Shown piece after piece: positions 15,001 through 27,900 of a stretch of 64,000 bases of DNA. The stretch spans positions 219,728,001-219,792,000 of the forward strand of contig OZ024743.1 in the NCBI GenBank assembly GCA_964016885.1. The letters are read 5' to 3'. The notes under the pieces are model-generated. The model worked only from the letters and a program-made list of their open reading frames with translations, had not been told where the DNA came from and searched no databases. The translations under genes and the position numbers were made by a program. This DNA comes from Eledone cirrhosa (taxonomy: Eukaryota). Numbering within the stretch: position 1 is the first letter of the stretch; each line of letters opens with the position of its first letter.

Positions 15001-18000
15001 CTGATAGAATGTTGTTAGAACCCCAGATAGAATGTTGTTAGAACGCCAGGTAGAATGTTGTATGAACGCCAGATAGAATGTTGTTAGAACGCCAGATAGG
15101 ATGTTGTTAGAACGCCAGATAGAATGTTGTATGAACGCTAGATAGAATGTTGTATGAACGCCAGATAGAATGTTGTTAGAACGCGAGATAGAACGTTGTA
15201 TGAACGCCAGATAGAATGTTGTTAGAACACCAGATAGAATGTTGTTAGAACGCCAGATAGAACGTTGTTAGAACACCAGATAGAATGTTGTAAAAACGCC
15301 AGATAGAATTTTGTATGAACGCCAGATAGAATATTGTTAGAACTCAGGATAGAACATTGTTAGAACGCCAGATAGAATGTTGTATGAACGCAAGATAGAA
15401 TGTTTTTAGAACGCCAGACAGAATGCTGTTAGAACGCCAGATAGAATGTTGTTTGAACGCCGGATAGAATGTTGTTAGAACGCCGAATAGAATATTGTTA
15501 GAACGCCAGATAGAATGTTGTATGAACGCCAGATAGAATGTTGTTAGGACGCCAGATAGAATGTTGCATGAACACCGGATAGAATGTTGTTAGAACACCG
15601 AATAGAAAGGTTGTTAGAACGACAGATAGAATGTTGTATGAACACCTGATAGAATGTTGTTAAAACGCCGAATAGAATATTGTTAGAACGCCAGATAGAA
15701 TTTTGTATGAACGCCAGATAGAACGATGTTAAAACGCCAGATAGAATGTTGTTAGAACACCAGATAGAATGTTGTATGAACGCCAGATAGAATGTTGTAT
15801 GAACGCCAGATAGAATTTTGTTAGAACGCCAGATAGAATTTTGTTAGAACGCCAGATAGAATGTTGTATGAACGCCAGATAGAATGTTGTATGAACGCCA
15901 GATAGAATCTTGTATGAACGCCAGATAGAATGTTGTATGAACACCGGATAGAATGTTGTTAGAACGCCAGATAGAATGTTGTATGAACACCGGATAGAAT
16001 GTTGTTAGAACGCCGAATAGAATGTTGTTAGAACGACAGATAGAATGTTGTATGAACGCCAGATAGAATGTTGTTAGAACGCCAGATAGAATGTTGTATG
16101 AACGCCAGATAGAATGTTGTATGAACGACAGATAGAATGTTGTATGAACGCCAGATAGAATGTTGTATGAACGCCAGATAGAATGTTGTTAGAACGCCAG
16201 GTAGAATGTTGTATGAACGCCAGATAGAATGTTGTTAGAACGCCAGATAGAATGTTGTTAGAACGCCAGATAGAATGTTGTATGAACGCCAGATAGAATG
16301 TTGTATGAACGCCAGATAGAATGTTGTTAGAACGCGAGATAGAACGTTGTATGAACGCCAGATAGAATGTTGTTAGAACGCCAGATAGAACGTTGTTAGA
16401 ACACCAGATAGAATGTTGTAAAAACGCCAGATAGAATTTTGTATGAACGCCAGATAGAATATTGTTAGAACTCAGGATAGAACATTGTTAGAACGCCAGA
16501 TAGAATGTTGTATGAACGCAAGATAGAATGTTTTTAGAACGCCAGACAGAATGCTGTTAGAACGCCAGATAGAATGTTGTTTGAACGCCGGATAGAATGT
16601 TGTTAGAACGCCGAATAGAATATTGTTAGAACGCCAGATACAATGTTGTATGAACGCCAGATAGAATGATGAATGAACGCCAGATAGAATGTTGTTAGGA
16701 CGCCAGATAGAATGTTGCATGAACACCGGATAGAATGTTGTTAGAACACCGAATAGAAAGGTTGTTAGAACGACAGATAGAATGTTGTATGAACACCTGA
16801 TAGAATGTTGTTAAAACGCCGAATAGAATATTGTTAGAACGCCAGATAGAATGTTGTATGAGCGCCAGATAGAACGATGTTAAAACGCCAGATAGAATGT
16901 TGTTAGCACACCAGATAGAATGTCGTATGAACGCCAGATAGAGTGTTGTATGAACGCCAGATAGAGTGTCGTATGAACGCCAGATAGAATGTTGTATGAA
17001 CGCCAGATAGAATTTTGTTAGAACGCCAGATAGAATGTTGTATGAACGCCAGATAGAATGTTGTATGAACGCCAGATAGAATGTTGTATGAACACCGGAT
17101 AGAATGTTGTTAGAACGCCAGATAGAATGTTGTATGAACACCGGATAGAATGTTGTTAGAACGCCGAATAGAATGTTGTTAGAACGACATATAGAATGTT
17201 GTATGAACGCCAGATAGAATGTTGTTAGAACGCCAGATAGAATGTTGTATGAACGCCAGATAGAATGTTGTATGAACGACAGATAGAATGTTGTATGAAC
17301 GCCAGATAGAATGTTGTATGAACGCCAGATAGAATGTTTTTAGAACGCCAAATAAAATGTTGTTAGAACTCCAGATAGAATGTTGTTAGAACGCCAGATA
17401 GAACGTTGTTACAACGCCAGATAGAACGTTGTTAGAACTCCGGATAGAATGTTGTATGAACGCCAGATAGAACGTTGTTAGAACGCCGAATAGAAAGGTT
17501 GTTTGAACGCCAGATAGAATGTTGTATGAACGCCAGATAGAATGTTGTTACCACACCTGATAGAATGTTGTTAGAACCCCAGATAGAATGTTGTTAGAAC
17601 GCCAGGTAGAATGTTGTATGAACGCCAGATAGAATGTTGTTAGAACGCCAGATAGAATGTTGTTAGAACGCCAGATAGAATGTTGTATGAACGCCAGATA
17701 GAATGTTGTATGAACGCCAGATAGAATGTTGTTAGAACGCGAGATAGAACGTTGTATGAACGCCAGATAGAATGTTGTTAGAACACCAGATAGAATGTTG
17801 TTAGAACGCCAGATAGAACGTTGTTAGAACACCAGATAGAATGTTGTAAAAACGCCAGATAGAATTTTGTATGAACGCCAGATAGAATATTGTTAGAACT
17901 CAGGATAGAACATTGTTAGAACGCCAGATAGAATGTTGTATGAACGCAAGATAGAATGTCTTTAGAACGCCAGACAGAATGCTGTTAGAACGCCAGATAG

Positions 18001-18900
18001 AATGTTGTTTGAACGCCGGATAGAATGTTGTTAGAACGCCGAATAGAATATTGTTAGAACGCCAGATAGAATGTTGTATGAACGCCAGATAGAATGATGT
18101 ATGAACGCCAGATAGAATGTTGTTAGGACGCCAGATAGAATGTTGCATGAACACCGGATAGAATGTTGTTAGAACACCGAATAGAAAGGTTGTTAGAACG
18201 ACAGATAGAATGTTGTATGAACACCGGATAGAATGTTGTTAGAACGCCAGATAGAATGTTGTATGAACACCGGATAGAATGTTGTTAGAACGCCGAATAG
18301 AATGTTGTTAGAACGACATATAGAATGTTGTATGAACGCCAGATAGAATGTTGTTAGAACGCCAGATAGAATGTTGTATGAACGCCAGATAGAATGTTGT
18401 ATGAACGACAGATAGAATGTTGTATGAACGCCAGATAGAATGTTGTATGAACGCCAGATAGAATGTTTTTAGAACGCCAAATAAAATGTTGTTAGAACTC
18501 CAGATAGAATGTTGTTAGAACGCCAGATAGAACGTTGTTACAACGCCAGATAGAACGTTGTTAGAACTCCGGATAGAATGTTGTATGAACGCCAGATAGA
18601 ACGTTGTTAGAACGCCGAATAGAAACGTTGTTTGAACGCCAGATAGAATGTTGTATGAACGCCAGATAGAATGTTGTTACCACACCTGATAGAATGTTGT
18701 TAGAACCCCAGATAGAATGTTGTTAGAACGCCAGGTAGAATGTTGTATGAACGCCAGATAGAATGTTGTTAGAACGCCAGATAGAATGTTGTTAGAACGC
18801 CAGATAGAATGTTGTATGAACGCCAGATAGAATGTTGTATGAACGCCAGATAGAATGTTGTTAGAACGCGAGATAGAACGTTGTATGAACGCCAGATAGA
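1..18900. repeat. Left sub-array: irregular HOR mosaic with units of about 0.9-2.4 kb; first 4 kb more diverged
   Basis: The marker block CTCAGG..GCAAGA..CAGACAG recurs at about 2225, 4527, 6208, 7863, 8738, 11110, 12765, 13640, 15343, 16471 and 17899. 24-bp monomers (CCGAATAGAAAGGTTG) occur throughout. Confidence 0.8.
4756..14577. repeat. Tandem duplication of a 4,902-bp (213-monomer) block, two copies
   Basis: Six ORF-track pairs are offset by exactly 4902 (4751/9653, 5235/10137, 6209/11111, 6432/11334, 8739/13641, 8962/13864). A private 20-bp monomer occurs at 7195 and 12097. 213x23+6-3=4902. Confidence 0.92.
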
Positions 18901-21900
18901 ATGTTGTTAGAACACCAGATAGAATGTTGTTAGAACACCGAATAGAAAGGTTGTTAGAACGACAGATAGAATGTTGTATGAACACCTGATAGAATGTTGT
19001 TAACACGCCGAATAGAATATTGTTAGAACGCCAGATAGAAGGTTGTATGAACGCCAGATAGAACGATGTTAAATCGCCAGATAGAACGTTGCTAGAACTC
19101 CGGATAGAATGTTGAATGAACGCCAGATAGAACGTTGTTAGAACGCCGAATAGAAAGGTTGTTTGAACGCCAGATAGAATGTTGTATGAACGCCAGATAG
19201 AATGTTGTTACCACACCTGATAGAATGTTGTTAGAACCCCAGATAGAATGTTGTATGAACGCCAGGTAGAATGTTGTATGAACGCCAGATAGAATGTTGT
19301 TAGAACGCCAGATAGAATGTTGTTAGAACGCCAGATAGAATGTTGTATGAACGCCAGATAGAATGTTGTATGAACGCCAGATAGAATGTTGTTAGAACGC
19401 GAGATAGAACGTTGTATTAACGCCAGATAGAATGTTGTTAGAACACCAGATAGAACGTTGTTAGAACACCAGATAGAATGTTGTAAAAACGCCAGATAGA
19501 ATTTTGTATGAACGCCAGATAGAATATTGTTAGAACTCAGGATAGAACATTGTTAGAACGCCAGATAGAATGTTGTATGAACGCAAGATAGAATGTTTTT
19601 AGAACGCCAGACAGAATGCTGTTAGAACGCCAGATAGAATGTTGTTTGAACGCCGGATAGAATGTTGTTAGAACGCCGAATAGAATATTGTTAGAACGCC
19701 AGATAGAATGTTGTATGAACGCCAGATAGAATGTTGTTAAAATGCCAGATAGAATGTTGTATGAACGCCATATAGAATGTTGTTACAACGCCAGATAGAA
19801 TGTTGATAGAACGCCAGATAGAATGTTGTTAGAACGCCAGATAGAACGTTGTTAGAACGCCAGATAGAATGTTGTTAGAACACCAGATAGAATGTTGTTA
19901 GAACGCCAGATAGAACGTTGTTAGAACGCCAGATAGAATGTTGTTAGAACGCCAGATAGAATGTTATTAGTACGCCAGATAGAATGTTGTATGAACGCCA
20001 GATAGAATGTTGTATGAACGCCAGATAGAATGTTGTTAGAACGCCAGATAGAATTTCGTTAGAACGCCAGATAGAATGATGTATGAACGCCAGATAGAAT
20101 GTTGTATGAACGCCAGATAGAACGTTGTTAGAACGCCAGATAGAATGTTGTATGAACACCGGATAGAATGTTGTTAGAACGCCGAATAGAATGTTGTTAG
20201 AACGACAGATAGAATGTTGTATGAACGCCGGATAGAATGTTGTTAGAACGCCAGATAGAATATTGTTACAACGCCAGATAGAATGTTGTATGAACGCCAG
20301 AGAGAATGATGTTAAAACGCCAGATAGAATGTTGTTAGAACACCAGATAGAATGTTGTATGAACGCCAGATAGAATGTTGTATGAACGCCAGATAGAATG
20401 TTGTTAGAACGCCAGATAGAATGTTGTTAGAACGCCAGATAGAATGTTGTATGAACGCCAGATAGAATGTTGTATGAACGCCAGATAGAATGTTGTTAGA
20501 ACGCGAGATAGAACGTTGTATGAACGCCAGATAGAATGTTGTTAGAACACCAGATAGAATGTTGTTAGAACGCCAGATAGAACGTTGTTAGAACACCAGA
20601 TAGAATGTTGTAAAAACGCCAGATAGAATTTTGTATGAACGCCAGATAGAATATTGTTAGAACTCAGGATAGAACATTGTTAGAACGCCAGATAGAATGT
20701 TGTATGAACGCAAGATAGAATGTTTTTAGAACGCCAGACAGAATGCTGTTAGAACGCCAGATAGAATGTTGTTTGAACGCCGGATAGAATGTTGTTAGAA
20801 CGCCGAATAGAATATTGTTAGAACGCCAGATAGAATGTTGTATGAACGCCAGATAGAATGTTGTTAAAATGCCAGATAGAATGTTGTATGAACGCCATAT
20901 AGAATGTTGTTACAACGCCAGATAGAATGTTGATAGAACGCCAGATAGAATGTTGTTAGAACGCCAGATAGAACGTTGTTAGAACGCCAGATAGAATGTT
21001 GTTAGAACACCAGATAGAATGTTGTTAGAACGCCAGATAGAACGTTGTTAGAACGCCAGATAGAATGTTGTTAGAACGCCAGATAGAATGTTATTAGTAC
21101 GCCAGATAGAATGTTGTATGAACGCCAGATAGAATGTTGTATGAACGCCAGATAGAATGTTGTTAGAACGCCAGATAGAATTTCGTTAGAACGCCAGATA
21201 GAATGATGTATGAACGCCAGATAGAATGTTGTATGAACGCCAGATAGAACGTTGTTAGAACGCCAGATAGAATGTTGTATGAACACCGGATAGAATGTTG
21301 TTAGAACGCCGAATAGAATGTTGTTAGAACGACAGATAGAATGTTGTATGAACGCCGGATAGAATGTTGTTAGAACGCCAGATAGAATATTGTTACAACG
21401 CCAGATAGAATGTTGTATGAACGCCAGAGAGAATGATGTTAAAACGCCAGATAGAATGTTGTTAGAACACCAGATAGAATGTTGTATGAACGCCAGATAG
21501 AATGTTGTATGAACGCCAGATAGAATGTTGTTAGAACGCCAGATAGAATGTTGTTAGAACGCCAGATAGAATGTTGTATGAACGCCAGATAGAATGTTGT
21601 ATGAACGCCAGATAGAATGTTGTTAGAACGCGAGATAGAACGTTGTATGAACGCCAGATAGAATGTTGTTAGAACACCAGATAGAATGTTGTTAGAACGC
21701 CAGATAGAACGTTGTTAGAACACCAGATAGAATGTTGTAAAAACGCCAGATAGAATTTTGTATGAACGCCAGATAGAATATTGTTAGAACTCAGGATAGA
21801 ACATTGTTAGAACGCCAGATAGAATGTTGTATGAACGCAAGATAGAATGTTTTTAGAACGCCAGACAGAATGCTGTTAGAACGCCAGATAGAATGTTGTT

Positions 21901-24900
21901 TGAACGCCGGATAGAATGTTGTTAGAACGCCGAATAGAATATTGTTAGAACGCCAGATAGAATGTTGTATGAACGCCAGATAGAATGATGTATGAACGCC
22001 AGATAGAATGTTGTTAGGACGCCAGATAGAATGTTGCATGAACACCGGATAGAATGTTGTTAGAACACCGAATAGAAAGGTTGTTAGAACGACAGATATA
22101 ATGTTGTATGAACACCGGATAGAATGTTGTTAGAACGCCAGATAGAATGTTGTATGAACACCGGATAGAATGTTGTTAGAACGCCGAATAGAATGTTGTT
22201 AGAACGACAGATAGAATGTTGTATGAACGCCAGATAGAATGTTGTTAGAACGCCAGATAGAATGTTGTATGAACGCCAGATAGAATGTTGTATGAACGAC
22301 AGATAGAATGTTGTATGAACGCCAGATAGAATGTTGTATGAACGCCAGATAGAATGTTGTTAGAACGCCAGATAGAACGTTGTTACAACGCCAGATAGAA
22401 CGTTGTTAGAACTCCGGATAGAATGTTGTATGAACGCCAGATAGAACGTTGTTAGAACGCCGAATAGAAACGTTGTTTGAACGCCAGATAGAATGTTGTA
22501 TGAACGCCAGATAGAATGTTGTTACCACACCTGATAGAATGTTGTTAGAACCCCAGATAGAATGTTGTTAGAACGCCAGGTAGAATGTTGTATGAACGCC
22601 AGATAGAATGTTGTTAGAACGCCAGATAGAATGTTGTTAGAACGCCAGATAGAATGTTGTATGAACGCCAGATAGAATGTTGTATGAACGCCAGATAGAA
22701 TGTTGTTAGAACGCGAGATAGAACGTTGTATGAACGCCAGATAGAATGTTGTTAGAACACCAGATAGAATGTTGTTAGAACACCGAATAGAAAGGTTGTT
22801 AGAACGACAGATAGAATGTTGTATGAACACCTGATAGAATGTTGTTAACACGCCGAATAGAATATTGTTAGAACGCCAGATAGAAGGTTGTATGAACGCC
22901 AGATAGAACGATGTTAAAACGCCAGATAGAACGTTGCTAGAACTCCGGATAGAATGTTGAATGAACGCCAGATAGAACGTTGTTAGAACGCCGAATAGAA
23001 AGGTTGTTTGAACGCCAGATAGAATGTTGTATGAACGCCAGATAGAATGTTGTTACCACACCTGATAGAATGTTGTTAGAACCCCAGATAGAATGTTGTA
23101 TGAACGCCAGGTAGAATGTTGTATGAACGCCAGATAGAATGTTGTTAGAACGCCAGATAGAATGTTGTTAGAACGCCAGATAGAATGTTGTATGAACGCC
23201 AGATAGAATGTTGTATGAACGCCAGATAGAATGTTGTTAGAACGCGAGATAGAACGTTGTATTAACGCCAGATAGAATGTTGTTAGAACACCAGATAGAA
23301 CGTTGTTAGAACACCAGATAGAATGTTGTAAAAACGCCAGATAGAATTTTGTATGAACGCCAGATAGAATATTGTTAGAACTCAGGATAGAACATTGTTA
23401 GAACGCCAGATAGAATGTTGTATGAACGCAAGATAGAATGTTTTTAGAACGCCAGACAGAATGCTGTTAGAACGCCAGATAGAATGTTGTTTGAACGCCG
23501 GATAGAATGTTGTTAGAACGCCGAATAGAATATTGTTAGAACGCCAGATAGAATGTTGTATGAACGCCAGATAGAATGTTGTTAAAATGCCAGATAGAAT
23601 GTTGTATGAACGCCATATAGAATGTTGTTACAACGCCAGATAGAATGTTGATAGAACGCCAGATAGAATGTTGTTAGAACGCCAGATAGAACGTTGTTAG
23701 AACGCCAGATAGAATGTTGTTAGAACACCAGATAGAATGTTGTTAGAACGCCAGATAGAACGTTGTTAGAACGCCAGATAGAATGTTGTTAGAACGCCAG
23801 ATAGAATGTTATTAGTACGCCAGATAGAATGTTGTATGAACGCCAGATAGAATGTTGTATGAACGCCAGATAGAATGTTGTTAGAACGCCAGATAGAATT
23901 TCGTTAGAACGCCAGATAGAATGATGTATGAACGCCAGATAGAATGTTGTATGAACGCCAGATAGAACGTTGTTAGAACGCCAGATAGAATGTTGTATGA
24001 ACACCGGATAGAATGTTGTTAGAACGCCGAATAGAATGTTGTTAGAACGACAGATAGAATGTTGTATGAACGCCGGATAGAATGTTGTTAGAACGCCAGA
24101 TAGAATATTGTTACAACGCCAGATAGAATGTTGTATGAACGCCAGAGAGAATGATGTTAAAACGCCAGATAGAATGTTGTTAGAACACCAGATAGAATGT
24201 TGTATGAACGCCAGATAGAATGTTGTATGAACGCCAGATAGAATGTTGTTAGAACGCCAGATAGAATGTTGTTAGAACGCCAGATAGAATGTTGTATGAA
24301 CGCCAGATAGAATGTTGTATGAACGCCAGATAGAATGTTGTTAGAACGCGAGATAGAACGTTGTATGAACGCCAGATAGAATGTTGTTAGAACACCAGAT
24401 AGAATGTTGTTAGAACGCCAGATAGAACGTTGTTAGAACACCAGATAGAATGTTGTAAAAACGCCAGATAGAATTTTGTATGAACGCCAGATAGAATATT
24501 GTTAGAACTCAGGATAGAACATTGTTAGAACGCCAGATAGAATGTTGTATGAACGCAAGATAGAATGTTTTTAGAACGCCAGACAGAATGCTGTTAGAAC
24601 GCCAGATAGAATGTTGTTTGAACGCCGGATAGAATGTTGTTAGAACGCCGAATAGAATATTGTTAGAACGCCAGATAGAATGTTGTATGAACGCCAGATA
24701 GAATGATGTATGAACGCCAGATAGAATGTTGTTAGGACGCCAGATAGAATGTTGCATGAACACCGGATAGAATGTTGTTAGAACACCGAATAGAAAGGTT
24801 GTTAGAACGACAGATATAATGTTGTATGAACACCGGATAGAATGTTGTTAGAACGCCAGATAGAATGTTGTATGAACACCGGATAGAATGTTGTTAGAAC

Positions 24901-27900
24901 GCCGAATAGAATGTTGTTAGAACGACAGATAGAATGTTGTATGAACGCCAGATAGAATGTTGTTAGAACGCCAGATAGAATGTTGTATGAACGCCAGATA
25001 GAATGTTGTATGAACGACAGATAGAATGTTGTATGAACGCCAGATAGAATGTTGTATGAACGCCAGATAGAATGTTTTTAGAACGCCAAATAAAATGTTG
25101 TTAGAACTCCAGATAGAATGTTGTTAGAACGCCAGATAGAACGTTGTTACAACGCCAGATAGAACGTTGTTAGAACTCCGGATAGAATGTTGTATGAACG
25201 CCAGATAGAACGTTGTTAGAACGCCGAATAGAAACGTTGTTTGAACGCCAGATAGAATGTTGTATGAACGCCAGATAGAATGTTGTTACCACACCTGATA
25301 GAATGTTGTTAGAACCCCAGATAGAATGTTGTTAGAACGCCAGGTAGAATGTTGTATGAACACCAGATAGAATGTTGTTAGAACGCCAGATAGAATGTTG
25401 TTAGAACGCCAGATAGAATGTTGTATGAACGCCAGATAGAATGTTGTATGAACGCCAGATAGAATGTTGTTAGAACGCGAGATAGAACGTTGTATGAACG
25501 CCAGATAGAATGTTGTTAGAACACCAGATAGAATGTTGTTAGAACACCGAATAGAAAGGTTGTTAGAACGACAGATAGAATGTTGTATGAACACCTGATA
25601 GAATGTTGTTAACACGCCGAATAGAATATTGTTAGAACGCCAGATAGAAGGTTGTATGAACGCCAGATAGAACGATGTTAAAACGCCAGATAGAACGTTG
25701 CTAGAACTCCGGATAGAATGTTGAATGAACGCCAGATAGAACGTTGTTAGAACGCCGAATAGAAAGGTTGTTTGAACGCCAGATAGAATGTTGTATGAAC
25801 GCCAGATAGAATGTTGTTACCACACCTGATAGAATGTTGTTAGAACCCCAGATAGAATGTTGTATGAACGCCAGGTAGAATGTTGTATGAACGCCAGATA
25901 GAATGTTGTTAGAACGCCAGATAGAATGTTGTTAGAACGCCAGATAGAATGTTGTATGAACGCCAGATAGAATGTTGTATGAACGCCAGATAGAATGTTG
26001 TTAGAACGCGAGATAGAACGTTGTATTAACGCCAGATAGAATGTTGTTAGAACACCAGATAGAACGTTGTTAGAACACCAGATAGAATGTTGTAAAAACG
26101 CCAGATAGAATTTTGTATGAACGCCAGATAGAATATTGTTAGAACTCAGGATAGAACATTGTTAGAACGCCAGATAGAATGTTGTATGAACGCAAGATAG
26201 AATGTTTTTAGAACGCCAGACAGAATGCTGTTAGAACGCCAGATAGAATGTTGTTTGAACGCCGGATAGAATGTTGTTAGAACGCCGAATAGAATATTGT
26301 TAGAACGCCAGATAGAATGTTGTATGAACGCCAGATAGAATGTTGTTAAAATGCCAGATAGAATGTTGTATGAACGCCATATAGAATGTTGTTACAACGC
26401 CAGATAGAATGTTGATAGAACGCCAGATAGAATGTTGTTAGAACGCCAGATAGAACGTTGTTAGAACGCCAGATAGAATGTTGTTAGAACACCAGATAGA
26501 ATGTTGTTAGAACGCCAGATAGAACGTTGTTAGAACGCCAGATAGAATGTTGTTAGAACGCCAGATAGAATGTTATTAGTACGCCAGATAGAATGTTGTA
26601 TGAACGCCAGATAGAATGTTGTATGAACGCCAGATAGAATGTTGTTAGAACGCCAGATAGAATTTCGTTAGAACGCCAGATAGAATGATGTATGAACGCC
26701 AGATAGAATGTTGTATGAACGCCAGATAGAACGTTGTTAGAACGCCAGATAGAATGTTGTATGAACACCGGATAGAATGTTGTTAGAACGCCGAATAGAA
26801 TGTTGTTAGAACGACAGATAGAATGTTGTATGAACGCCGGATAGAATGTTGTTAGAACGCCAGATAGAATATTGTTACAACGCCAGATAGAATGTTGTAT
26901 GAACGCCAGAGAGAATGATGTTAAAACGCCAGATAGAATGTTGTTAGAACACCAGATAGAATGTTGTATGAACGCCAGATAGAATGTTGTATGAACGCCA
27001 GATAGAATGTTGTATGAACGCCAGATAGAATGTTGTTAGAACGCCAGATAGAATGTTGTATGAACGCCAGATAGAATGTTGTATAAATGCCAGATAGAAT
27101 ATTGTTAGAACGCCAGATAGAATGTTGTATGAACACCGGATAGAATGTTGTTAGAACGTCGAATAGAATGTTGTTAGAACGCCAGATAGAATGTTGTATG
27201 AAGGCCAGATAGAATGTTGTTATAACGCCAGATAGAATGTTGTTAGAACGCCACATAGAATGTTGTTAGAACGCCAGATAGAATGTTGTATGAACACCAG
27301 ATAGAATGTTGTATGAACGCCAGATAGAATGTTGTTAGAACACCAGATAGAATGTTGTTAGAACGCCAGAAAGAATGTTGTTACAACGCCAGATAGAATG
27401 TTGTTAGAACGCCAGATAGAATTTTGTTAGAACGCCAGATAGAATGATGTATGAACGCCAGATAGAATGTTGTATGAACGCCAGATAGAATGTTGTTAAA
27501 ATGCCAGATAGAATGTTGTATGAACGCCATATAGAATGTTGTTACAACGCCAGATAGAATGTTGATAGAACGCCAGATAGAATGTTGTTAGAACGCCAGA
27601 TAGAACGTTGTTAGAACGCCAGATAGAATGTTGTTAGAACACCAGATAGAATGTTGTTAGAACGCCAGATAGAACGTTGTTAGAACGCCAGATAGAATGT
27701 TGTTAGAACGCCAGATAGAATGTTATTAGTACGCCAGATAGAATGTTGTATGAACGCCAGATAGAATGTTGTATGAACGCCAGATAGAATGTTGTTAGAA
27801 CGCCAGATAGAATTTCGTTAGAACGCCAGATAGAATGATGTATGAACGCCAGATAGAATGTTGTATGAACGCCAGATAGAACGTTGTTAGAACGCCAGAT

